Below are positions 10,186 through 22,434 of a stretch of DNA of 64,000 nt, in pieces. A program made the position numbers and the translations under genes. The stretch lies in contig CM120643.1 of NCBI GenBank assembly GCA_051362555.1, positions 18,976,848 to 19,040,847 of the forward strand, written 5' to 3'. The notes beneath the pieces were generated by a model. That model was not told the DNA's origin. It saw only the letters and a list, made by a program, of their open reading frames with translations, and ran no database searches. Each line of letters begins with the position of its first letter. Within the stretch, counting starts at the first letter, position 1. The stretch comes from Lingula anatina (lineage: Eukaryota > Animalia > Brachiopoda).

Positions 10186-13151
10186 ATGATGATTTTGTAC
10201 ATTCGCACGTGCTTTATAGCAGCATTAGTTTCTGTTCTTTCACCGCTGCACGCAGCTTCTGGTGATGACTCTCAACTGCGTCTAGAACTATCTGATCTGC
10301 TAGCCCGTAATGCGCTGGCGATGGACAAATTGAGGGCTGAGTGTAAAGGATATGAAAATTTCGGGATCCCCCCTGCTCCTTCTTCTAATGTGGTTGTTGG
10401 CAGACGACAAACCACCGGCGTGGATATACAATTGTTAGTGGATATTGGGTATCAGAAGGCAGTAAACGAACACCTGCTTAAGGTATGCATATGCTTCCAA
10501 TTTTCATTAAATTCATTACATGATAAATATTAATACATTCATTACACTGAATAAAAAGCATTTAGATCCTAAATTTGTCGGCACTCTGATACAGGTAAGT
10601 ATAGACAGATCAAATGAAACTGTTTTCCCGTAGGACTTCTGTTGTTGACTGAGGAAATAGCCCACGTAATACATGTACGTTAAGCGGAAAGTGCATGCAT
10701 TTTTTAAGGTAGAGAAATTCTGTAGAAGGTTAGGCTAACTTGTATATTTTCCAGTATATTTTTCAGTATGTACAGATGCAATTAAAAAAATCATTTCTAA
10801 TGGTGAAATCAGTACACGCTACATACTAAAGCGTTTTTCTTAAATCAAAAACAGTGCTGAATCCAATGTCTATACTCCATTCGTCTATTTTTATTCACGA
10901 CAGCTTTATGGCAACTGTACTAGACATACTACGACCCCAAAACCATCTACTACTACAACAGTGATTACGACAACAACAACATCTTCAACGACGTCTACGA
11001 CAACTGCTCGTCCAGTGGAATCCTGTATGGACAAGACTGATTGTTCTAGATACGCAAATGATATCTGCATCCAATTCCCAAAGTGGAGCGCAGATTACTG
11101 CAAATTCTCCTGTGGATTTTGCAGTAGGTTTTGAATAGTTGAATAATATTTAAATCAAATATATAATTCCCAAAATGTATCAAAATCGTTATTTTAAAAG
11201 GCATACCGTGCAGATTAGATCTTTAAACAGCGAATAACAAAAAGAATAAAAATGATAAAAAGTCTTGAAATTTTAGTTTAAATTTTTTTTCCGTAGTCAT
11301 AAATATATCATTTTCAAAGCCAATCACAGACTCACCATCTACAAACCGTTTCTTGTATTTTCATTTTCTAAGTTTTGAGAATATTTTGGTTCTTTTCAGG
11401 TTGTTCAATGTTAGTGGCTGATGTTGCCTTTGTGTTAGATGCTTCAGGAAGCGTCGGCAGTGCCAATTTTAATAAAATGAAGGATTTCGTTCGGAATTTT
11501 GTCAGTTCGCTCAATATCAGCAACCAGCATGTTCAGATAGCCTTAATTCAATACAGCAGCAGATCCACCATCGAGTCCTATTTCAGCGATACTTCAACAA
11601 AAGAAGAAGTTTATCGAGCCATAGACCAGATACAGTACCTTTCTGGAGGCACCAATACTGGTGACGCCATCAGAGATATGTGGCAGAATCTGTTCAACGA
11701 CAAAAATGGCGCTCGCCTTGGGGCCATCAAGATCGGCATTGTTATCACTGATGGAAAATCCAACGACGTGTCTCTTACCACAAACGAGGCCAAGAATGCT
11801 AGAAACAAGGGTATTAACATGTTTGCTATTGGAGTAGGAGCAAATATCAAGGTATTGTTTTGTGTTGTCTTAATTATTTGGACGGAACATCGTTTGTTCT
11901 CGCCTCTGGTCAAAAATAGTTATTTGCATGAATTACAATTAAATTGCCTAAGCCTAGGAAAATAAAAATAAAAACAAATAGTGAACAGATGTTAAAGAAA
12001 TACCGAATACATTCGCTATCTACAAACCAGACATTACAAAAAGGGATAAATGCAGAAATGAGTAAGCCAAACTATTAGAGATGATTTTTTCCAGACAACG
12101 GAATTAAACAGTATAGCTTCTGACCCTGATAACCGACACGTGTTTACAGTATCGAGCTTTGCAGATTTTGCCTCCATACAAGCGGATTTTGCAGGGGGCA
12201 TATGCAAAGGTATTGTCTTTAACACCGACAGGTGATAAACGTGCTTTTATTCAATCTTTGTGGAGAGTTACTAGCGTTGAAATAATTTTGTCAAAAAGGC
12301 GTAATTTGTATTAGTTTGTGAATCTTGTAGACGTCCAGTTAAGGTAATTATCATGCACAGTATACACATGAATAAGTTTCCCTTATATTGTAGGTTGTGC
12401 AACGTTAGTGGCTGATGTTGCCTTTGTATTAGATGCATCAGGTAGCGTCGGCAGTGCCAATTTTAATAAAATGAAGGATTTCGTTCGGAATTTTGTCAGT
12501 TCGTTCATTATTACCAACCAGCATGTTCAGATAGGCCTAATGCAATTTAGCAGCAGATCCACCATCGAGTCCTATTTCAGCGATACTTCAACGAAAGCAG
12601 AAGTTTATCGAGCTATAGACCAAATACAGTACATTTCTGGAGGTACCAATACTGGTGAAGCCATCAGAGATATGTGGCAGAATCTATTCAGTGACAAAAA
12701 TGGCGCCCGCCCTGGGGCCATCAAGATCGGCATTGTTATCACTGATGGGCAATCCAACGACATGTATCGGACCACGTACGAGTCCAAGAATGCTAGAGAT
12801 CGGGGTATTACCATGTTTGCAATTGGTATTGGAAATGGGATTAAGGTACGTCTATGTTGGAACAGCGCATCGTTCTCGTTCCCAATGTGTTAATTGAATT
12901 TTCTGTAGTAAATGAAGAAAATAATTCCGATTAAATTACCGTCACAAATTAATTAAATAAGGTATAATACATTTGATAAATCAATCCAGACAAGAGATGA
13001 AGTAACAATCAAAGAGTATTTTTGTTTCCAGGTTACGGAATTACAGGGTATTGCGTCTGATCCTGATAGCCGACATGTGTATTCTATAGCAAGCTTTGCA
13101 GATTTTGCCTCCATACAGGCAGATTTTGCACAGGGGATTTGCAGAGGGTAG
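10186..13151 (+). CDS. Family A copy 1: secreted protein with helical N-domain, Thr stalk, ShKT and 2x VWA, about 551 aa; exons 10186-10482, 10904-11123, 11400-11851, 12095-12209, 12394-12845, 13032-13151
   Basis: All introns are GT-AG with consistent phases (0,1,0,1,0) and 1656 nt stay open. Hydrophobic signal peptide. ShKT CMDKTDCSRYANDICIQFPKWSADYCKFSCGFC. Both VWA domains keep the MIDAS residues (DASGS, GGTNT, ITDG), collagen VI/matrilin-like. Confidence 0.85.
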
Positions 13152-14020
13152 CGTGGCCACAGTGCAAGTTTGTTAAGTTTTTGGGTCGCGTTTAAATGAC
13201 TTTTGGAAAATTATAACTAAGTGCCCGATTTGAATAAGTTTATGGCAATTGTTAGATATCCAGTCAGGGTAGTAATAAATCCGTATTGCGTATAATCTTC
13301 ATTTTCTATATAATATCGTGCATTCCGATATAGATGAAATTAAGAAAACTTAAATATATGTTTGGTTGGTGCTTAAGTAGTTGTATTGTGCAGGGGGGAC
13401 ATGTACACTTGTTTAAGTAAGATGTTAAAGGCTTAGTTCGCGAAACACCCTTTTTGCCAATAGAGTCTGTATACTGTACAAGTGCCCCTTGAGCAATTGA
13501 GCAAATGGCCTAAAAGCTGATATCACTGATACAGCTTGTTTACCCAAATCACACGTGCCGCCTTCCCATGAGGTGAATTAGTGTGCAGGGCACCGAATGT
13601 TCACAACTCAGGCATGAGGGGGGGGGTGGGGGGTGGGGGGGTGGGGGGGGAGGAGAGGGGCGGGAAGTCAGATTTGACGAAGTTTTTGACTATGCATACA
13701 CATACTTAGTACATGCAAATGCTGAATTTCACTAGTGATTACTATCACATACGCTTATTAAATGTATCGAGTTTTGTTCAAAGCAATTGTTGTACATCAT
13801 TCTAGAATATCGTATGGATTGTCGAAAAATGCTTCTACACTCCCAACTGGTCAGACTGGACATTAATCCCATTGACTCATTTGTCCCTTATCTTAACGAG
13901 CGGTCGAGCAAAACTTGGTGTTCTTTACGCGTTTGAAAATATCCAAAAGCCTTATTTCCATACTGAATAACTTCTTATCTTTCTCAGTTCAGACCTTAAA
14001 AAGCGACAAAAATTTTCTTT

Positions 14021-14026
14021 AATAAA
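14021..14026 (+). promoter_or_regulatory. Candidate polyadenylation signal for A copy 1
   Basis: AATAAA conserved in the paralogous 3' flanks (~20468, 36571, 45911). Confidence 0.35.
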
Positions 14027-15092
14027 AGTTAACTTGAAACATGTCTGAAGTTCATATTTCTGCTTTTACCTTTCAACCCGTTAAAGTCCAAGTTTTCAGA
14101 TAGAAGTGAAAACTGTCCGCATTACGCACGATACCAGGCCACGATGCAAAAACCCGCGGCCGCCACTCCCGACTCTACGCAGTACCTGTGAAAATTAAGA
14201 GAGAGACGAATGACATTCCAAATGCCTGGTGTAACATTTATATGTTTTTATTAATCATCATTTGTTTAAAAAAGGCTCCAAACCGCAAGTTCTGGCCTTC
14301 CCTATTTTAGAAATTTATGGAATTTTTTCTGTCTAATATCTGTATCTTGCAAGTATAACCAACCCTTTCTCGGTATTTATTAAGCCTGCAAACATCTTCA
14401 TAAAAAAATTACCAACATTTGCCACGATTTTTCTTAAAAGCCTTAGCTCCAATTTTATCGTTGATTTAGCAAAATAACACATTTGTTAAAAGAAAGAGGA
14501 CATATCAAGTGTACATGTACATCAAACGCAGATCAACGAGACTAAACGCCTGTCGTATTTAGTTTGCATAAGTGATCGTGCAGAGGGTATCAACGTTGTC
14601 ATACGCTAATGACGACGATGGTGGTCTTAGGGTGCCATCGAGTGCGAAAGAGTGCACTAACTTTCCGAAATCACGTCTGCTCCGTGCTCCATCTCTCATT
14701 TGCACTAACATATCCAGGATTTTGCAAAAGGAAGGGATTTACCGAGTAAATGGTTACGTATAAAAATAGACATATGCCGATCGAAGCGGTAGACAAGGGC
14801 ATTGTTGACGGAATAACCAGGACACAAAGATAGGACGATTTTGATTTTGTCTCTTTTCTTTCTATGTAATTTTCTTTCCTTTTATTTATTTGCTAATTTA
14901 TTTATTTATTGGGGAGGGGAGAGGTAGAAAAGACAGCAGAGCCGACCAGCCGGATAATATTATATGCTAGGAAAGGGTGATGTCTACATGAAGCCCTTTT
15001 TTAAACTCTTTTAAGACCCCATTACCACAGATTTTAGATTGATCTATCCCTGTGGGGAGTCTCACTAGATTACTGTCAGCTTAGCCGGCTGA

Positions 15093-15777
15093 AACCCCCC
15101 GTCACACTTTTTGGAATCAGCAGGAATCAAGCAGAACCAGCCGGAATGACTAAATTAAAAAATTCCTACTGCAATCGGGAAGAAATTTCAAATTGACCTA
15201 AATTCTTGTAAGAATGCCGTTGGAATACTCAGAATGCACCTGAATCCGCCAGGAATTATTCGTGCACATTTTGGCTGTATTAGCTCTCAAATGCAGCTCG
15301 AATGTAGTTGGAAAACTAGGAATATCAATAAAGCTGTTAGAATGAGGTCAGAATATTTAGAATACAATTCGAATGCCGTACAAGTGTTGTTTGATTACTG
15401 GCTGAAATAGGATCGAGATGCGTTCGACTTGCATTCCGGCTCATTCTAGCAGGATTTGAAGTGTCTTGTCATTTCGGTTCTTCCTCGAATATGATCAGAA
15501 TGTTTCGAATGCTGTCGGAATGCCGTGAGAATGTTCAGAATGCAGCCATAGTACGGTTTGAATACTATTCAAATGCCATATTCGGTAATTATTCACTTGG
15601 AATGCACTTCGAAAGTTTTTAACATGAGCAAAACATTCGGGGCGGCCACAAGAATGGGTAAAAATATTTGGAATGTTCTCGGAATTTTAGAATACTCTTC
15701 AAATATCCAGGAACGCACAAAGAATTGTCTTTCCGACGGCATTCTTGCTCATTCCGCCTCTAGTTGACGGGGGTATT
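15093..15777. mobile_element. Non-autonomous TIR element, PIF/Harbinger-like, GAAT-rich
   Basis: Ends ACCCCCCGTCACACT / AGTTGACGGGGGTA with TAA/TTA-type flanks; dense GAAT/ATTC motifs; second copy at ~40520-41208. Confidence 0.55.
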
Positions 15778-16221
15778 AAGATTCTACGGTTCGCGTCAGA
15801 TTTACATAGGGTCACGCAAAAAATTAATCCACATTATGACCAGTTAAACGATTTATTCGTCGATGCTCGGTAGCTACTTATTCTAAGGAAAGTCTCCAAC
15901 TCCTAACTTTCCGAAATCACGTCTGCTCCGTGCTCCATCTCTCCCAGTCCCCTCCTCTACTCTCTCCTCCTCCCTCTCCTTTTCTTTCCTCCAAGGTATC
16001 AATTCTCATCGCTTATATACTAATTTCTTATCTCACGTGGACCCAAACTTAAATTGCCTATAATTGTATAATTAATTTCTTTTCCTCGGCGTTATACAAA
16101 TAGATTGCCACATCGAGAACTATTGGACCACAACACGTTACGTCATATGACCTCATAAGATATCGTTTTGGTCTTTATGTCGGACACGACATCATATCAT
16201 TTTGGTAAGTATGTTTAAAGT

Positions 16222-19135
16222 ATGATGACTTCGTACATTCGTACGTGCTTTATAGGCGCCTTAGTTTCGGTTCTTTCACCGCTACACACAGCGTCTGGGG
16301 ATGACTCTCAACTGCGTCTAGAACTATCTGATCTGCTAGCCCGTAATGCACTGGCGATGGACAGATTGAGAGCCGAGTGTAAAGGATATGAAAATTTCGG
16401 GTTCCCCCCTGCTCATTCATCTAATGTGGTTGTTGGTAGACGACAGACCATCGGCGCGGATATACAATTGTTAGTGGATATTGGGTATCAGAAGGCAGTA
16501 AACGAACACCTGCTAAAGGTATGCGTATGCTTCCATTTTTCATTGAATTCATTACATGATTAAATGCGATATATATTATACTGAAGAAAAACCGCTTCGA
16601 ACCTACACTGAGAATAAAATTGAAATCCTTTGGCTCTCTAGTCACAGTCCAGCACCCCTTGAACCTCATGAAGTTAATTTGACTCCTATATTAGGGTCAA
16701 ATTACCCCAGGACCAGAGTCTTTAGACTCTCTTATCCGAGTCAACCACCCCTTAGCTCTCATGGAGTCAATCTGACTCTCAAATCAGAGTCAAATTCCTG
16801 GGGCCAGAGTCTGGCTGACCCCTTTCATTGACTCTTTTCGCTCTCTGGTCAGTAAGCCTCGTTTCTGTGTGACGGTGATGAGCAGACGGCGTGGACAGAA
16901 CAGTTTTCACCGCCATTGGTCAACAGGTTTTGTTTCCAGGTTGTAGGTTTGACCCGCCAATGCCAATGCATTTCACAGGGTAGGTACAGTGGATGCTCAC
17001 AGTGACATATTTGCTATGTCATGCTATTTATTTCCAGTTTTACATGTTGTTTGTTATTGCTGTTTCAACGCCATATGCGTTCATTCTTTGTATAAGTATA
17101 AAATGTTAAAATCACATGTAGGTCATTTTGAATTTTAGTGAAAACTGGTAACTTAATGATAATGCATCAGTTTAGTGGGTACGGGTTCACAGCGTTTTGG
17201 TTTTGTTCTGTATTTCATCAGATTTTTTCTGTTTAATATATTTTAGATACGGTCAGGTGTGTAGGCTATTTGAAGGCTATCAGTTGAAAGAGCATTACCA
17301 TCTTCTGGTTAAAGAGGAATCAGTATTTGAGGAAGAACCAGTGGCATCTCCGGTTATTACATATTCTGGGAACTTCATGGAGGGCACCTACTCTGTAAGG
17401 GCTGAACATGTGGTCATTAGGAGTTCTAAGTCTTTTATTGAAATTGCAGGCCCATTATTGGCGACATATTTCGTTTTTAATCTAGTTAATCCTACAAACA
17501 TGAGTGCAACACTGATATTCATCCAAAAAGTTATTGTTGACTACCAAGACAAGGTGAAGGTAGTGCCGAAATTGCACCTTTTACTTACTAGAGTACATGG
17601 CCTTAAAATAACAACAGTTTTGGGGGAAATTTCATACACTATTGACTAAGCTGTATGTTTATATGACATTCCCCCCCCAAGGTCAAAATTAGTGTTTTGA
17701 TGACAATTTTTTTCAACAGTTGTAGATGGCTAATTTCATACTTTTAATTGATTCAAATTGTGTAAAAATTGTCTAAAAAAGTTTGGGTATGTTTGCTTTT
17801 ATTAGCCACAGGGCATTTGAATTACAATTGAATTACAATTTAATGTTTGAAACAATATTTTAACAAAGGCATTTTGTATATGTTAAGTTTACTCCCACCC
17901 CTTTATATTGCATGCTATGCTGTCATGGTTTTGTAAAATTTGCAACATTGTATGACTTATTTTGGTATACGAAGATGGGGACCACCAGATTGTCCATATT
18001 TCATATTTGTGTGTGTCCCAGCAAATATCACGCCATAGACAAATAGCATAGTACTAGTAATTTTACTGTAAGTAGTACGGCATTATGACACCCCTAGCCT
18101 TGTAATAAGTATACAGAATAATGATAATTAGGAACTGAGGTGCTGTCAGCCAGGCAATTTGCTTTGCCACAGTGGGTGTTAATAGGCATCGGTTTTTATT
18201 ATTAAAACGTGTTTTCTTGTTTGTATTTGCCTTTATGTTTCAGTGATTAAAGCTTTTTCCTTAAAGTAAATTATTTGTTGTTTTCATAATGTGCCAAGGA
18301 GTAAAAAAATCCTTAATATGGGGTCATGGTGACTCTTTTGTAGAGATAAATGCACGGAGTCAATTGTGATCCTCTTGTGGGGTCTGGGATGGCGTGACTC
18401 CATCGGAGTCAGCTTGACTCCATTTGGGAGTTATTTTAGGCACCACTGTTAGACTCCAAGTTTTGAGTCACTTGGACTCCGATTTTATTCTCAGTGTACC
18501 TTTGTCGGCATCCTTCTGACGGTTTCGTTGAGATGTCATCTACCGGTGGAGTTGTTCACAACTGTGAATATGTTTTCAATATAAGTAATGACAGATCAAA
18601 TGAAGCTGTTTTCCCGTGGTACATCTGTTGTTGACTGAGGAAGTAGCCCACGTAATACATGTATGTTTAGCGTACACTACGGTAGCCTTAGGTAGAGAAA
18701 TATTGCTGAAGGTTAGGTTATAAATAACTGGGAATTTTTCTTTTCAGTGTAACTATGTGCGGATACAATGAAAAAATATTATTTTAATAATGGACACAGT
18801 ATACTCTACATATTTAAGCGTTTTTTCTGAAATCGAAAAAGATACTTATTTTAGGTACTGAATCCAATGTCTATACTCCATTCGTCTGTTTTTATTCACG
18901 ACAGCTTTATGGCAACTGTACTAGACATACGACGACCTCAAAACCATCTGCAACTACAACGGTGATTACAACGACAACAACATCTTCAACGACGTCTACG
19001 ACAACTGCTCGTCCGGTGGAATCCTGTAGGGACAAAACGGATTGTTCTACATATGCAAATGATGTCTGCATCCAATTCCCAAAGTGGAGCGCAGATAACT
19101 GCAAATTCTTCTGTGGATTTTGCAGTAGGTTTTGA
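16222..19135 (+). CDS. Family A copy 2, short form (signal peptide, N-domain, Thr stalk, ShKT; no VWA), about 175 aa; exons 16222-16518 and 18905-19124/19135
   Basis: Intact paralogous exons 1 and 2. No VWA exons follow, although the 3' flank (~19930-20690) is homologous to that of copy 1. Read-through of the exon-2 donor gives ..CGFCSRF-stop. Confidence 0.7.
16606..18496 (+). mobile_element. EnSpm/CACTA-like non-autonomous transposon in intron 1 of A copy 2
   Basis: TA|CACTGAGAATAAAAT ... ATTTTATTCTCAGTG|TA (15-bp TIR, 2-bp TSD); many subterminal GACTC/GAGTC motifs; absent from the same intron of copies 1 and 3. Confidence 0.8.
17247..17649 (+). pseudogene. Residual exon of the EnSpm-associated ORF (SAMD3-like C-terminal region)
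   Basis: Acceptor TTTTAG at 17246. The motif LATYFVFNLVNPTNMSATLIFIQK resembles the F..YYVFNL.YP....TL.FIQ motif of animal EnSpm accessory proteins (from recall, not searched). Confidence 0.55.
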
Positions 19136-21340
19136 ATAGTTGAATTATATTTTAATGAAACATATAATTCCCAAAATGTTTCAAAGTTATATTATTAAAG
19201 GCATACCGTGCAGATAAGATCTTTAAGCAGCAAGTAACGAAAAGAACGTTTACGGCTGATCGAGTGACCTATTCAGTTTATCCCTTCGCATGTCGAATTT
19301 ATTTGACTTGTATAAAAAACTAGAGGAAGTGGTTTTTATGTGTTAATGGGAACCCACACCCCACCGATGCTCGGTTCGTGTGTACCTTTAACGGCTTAGT
19401 CCCCAAATCACCAACTGTGCCTGTATACAATGGTGAATCGGGGTTCCCCCTTCCTCCCCTTCGTTCACCTCTCAAAATGAAAGTCGATCAAGACAAATCA
19501 AAATCAAACATTGTACCATCCCTGCTCCCTACGTGTCATGGTAAACTTACAGGGTATCTTCTTTAATTAATGACTATAGTGATATAAATAATTTACTTTG
19601 GAACAAAATGCAGTAATTTGTGCTCCAAAGTAAGTAATTTCTAGCACTAATTATTAGTTACTCCAGTTGCTAGAAACCATGGACAATCTTATTGATAATC
19701 TGTCTTCTACCGGTACTGTTTTATATTTGTGGAATGAAGGGAAGTACACTGTAGTTATTTGATCACCGTGCCCCACCCTTAGGAGAATCCTGGATCTTTT
19801 GGCTTCATATTATAAAACACGTGCTCTCCCTTATACACCGAGGATGACAATATCTGGGCAAGAAGGTGGGGTCAATTAGTACAAATATTTATCAAGGTGG
19901 CAATGTAAGACTAGTAAAACATACAAGACACTACTGGTGTGTCCCTTGTGCAGGTAGAGCATATGGCCTAAAAACCGATATCACCGATACACTTTGTACA
20001 CTCAAGACGCACGTGTCACCTTCCCATGAGGTATTTCAGTGTTACCTGGCACAACTCAGGCATGGGAATGGGTGTCGGGTATTTAAATTTAACAAATTTT
20101 AGTCTACGTGTACGTCTATTTACACATACTTAGTACATGCAACTGCTAATTTCACAAGTGATTCAGTGATACATTAAATGTGTCGAATTTAGTTGAAAGC
20201 AATTGTTGTACATTCATTCTAGGATATCGTGTGGAGCGTCGAAATACTCTTCTACATTGTACCTGTACACTCTTAACGGGTCAGACTGGGCATTATTCCC
20301 GCTGACACACCTGTCCGTTTTCTTTAACTGAGCGGCCGAGAAGAAGTGTTAGGGAACTGCCAGGGCTAGACCGCATTGTCGAGAAAATTATTCCAATGTC
20401 ATATTTTTATGCTGAATAACTTCTTATCTTTTTCAATTTAGACCTTAAAAACGATAAAAAATTATTTAATAAAAGCAAACTTATAACGTGTCTGAAGTTA
20501 ATATTTCTGCTTTTACCTTAAATTTTGCAAGGGACAAGACTTCACTTGGGAAATTAAAACCGGCTGCATATACCATGCCAAACCCCGATGTCACCATTCC
20601 CGATTATACACACTTAAGTACTTGTGAAATTTCAGGAGGACGGAGGACATTCCAAATTACTGGTGTAACATTTATTTATTTATTTTTTTTTTTTTTTGAA
20701 AATGGCTTTATACAGCAGGTTGGAGACTTCACTATTAGGAATAATTGGCAACTTTTTTATATCCTTCATCTCCATCTTGTATTTCAGCATGCAAACGAAT
20801 CTTATAATTTGACCCAAAACTTGCTAAAAACTCAATGTTACACAATACTGTATGCAAGCTGCTACCGTGTTTGTGTCATCTTTGGATACGACCGTACACA
20901 CACACACACACACACAAACACACAATACTGAAAGTGCTTGCCAAAAATCTTTATTTAATTCCTTACATACATGCTTTGAGATAACAGGTAAATCTACAGT
21001 GCTCAGTGACTAAATTAATTAACATTTACACGTCATCTTACGGATGACGTCATAATTGCGATTTGGGGGTAATCACAGAAAATTGGTTTCCCAAATTTCT
21101 CCTTTACCTATTCACCCACGAACACCGATTTAACGCCAATTTAATGACACCATTTAGTACTCCAAAACCCTGCCATCGATTGATATACCAGTATATCAAA
21201 CATTTTTTTTCGATTTTCCCTCTCATTATTCCCTTGACAAGACACCTGTTTCCGTCGCGTACTTCCCCCGACCAACCAAACAGATAATATCAGCAGCGTG
21301 TGTGCAGTGGACGGCATTTGACCCCAGTATAGATACCCTG

Positions 21341-21349
21341 TATATAAAA
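21341..21349 (+). promoter_or_regulatory. TATA box of gene B
   Basis: TATATAAAA about 30 nt before an Inr-like TCAATT (21371) and 47 nt before the ATG in CAAAATG at 21388. Confidence 0.6.
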
Positions 21350-21387
21350 CGCAGAATGATTCCTTTGATCTCAATTAGAGTGCCAAA

Positions 21388-22399
21388 ATGCTGCCGCTCA
21401 CCTATGTTTGGATGCCCTCGTCGTGGGCTGTGTGTACGGACAGGGGCTATCCCTGACGAAGGCCGGTGAGTGGACAGTTAATGCATGGTATTTATATATA
21501 AAAGATGCTAACCATTTTACATTAATTTCATTCCGCTCTTTTTCTTTAAAATAATATTGCTTTAGGGTTTTAATCGACACGTGTAAATTAAGTCTCCGTT
21601 AAGCACGTTCACAGCGGCACAAATTAAAACCGGAAAACGCCTTAATGATATCACAAGTTTACAAGGCTGACTTCCATATAAAATACTGCTAAAGGCGCAT
21701 CATGTGTGAAGTGATATGAAAATTTCTCTTTTTAATGCAAACAAAGCGAGTACTAATGTCTAACAATTGCCACTAAACCAGCCTTTACTTTAAAAGAGAA
21801 CAGGATTTTGTTACGTTATTTAACCAAAAAAGATATTATATGTGCTTTACGGACTGGAGGGGAAATAATTAGGCCAAATTTACGATCAGAAATTTGAAAA
21901 AGATGCAGTTTTGGAGTGCTTTTCGCTGCTTCTCTAGGGGTAATATTGTTCGGTTGGTTTTCTGGTACAGTATATGGATTATATTTGTGTCGTGTACGAA
22001 GCTGGTCTGATAATTTAAAAATGCTGCAGGACATTTACTCTTATTTCCTTTGTACACACACTGGACAATAGAAGTGTCACCCCTACTGAACCGATACTAT
22101 GCGGGAGATAAATGACTGTGGAATGATATGCTCCTGGTATCATTTTATTAACATCAAATTTTACAAAAAATCACAAAATGAGAACAAAATATACATTCTA
22201 CCAAAATATGCAGTTTCAAATCCAAAATTAGTACTTAGTGGCATAGCCACGTGACCTAAGAATAGGTGCCAGTCTACGAGGCAAGGATTCATATAATTGT
22301 CTGATGCGTTCAGGGCTTATGCTGGCCCAAGCATGAAAGACTAAAAAAAAATAAAATAAAATAAAATGTATCTTTGAAATAACTATTGTTGTTGTCTTT

Positions 22400-22434
<35 letters not shown>

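Noticed and set aside
11611-12897. Minus-strand and alternate-frame ORFs over the VWA exons (also 34108-35409)
   Set aside because: Shadows of real exons; they recur only because the DNA is duplicated.
11400-13151. Naming the VWA gene as collagen VI or matrilin
   Set aside because: No Gly-X-Y or EGF repeats; only the VWA domains are similar, so no gene symbol was assigned.
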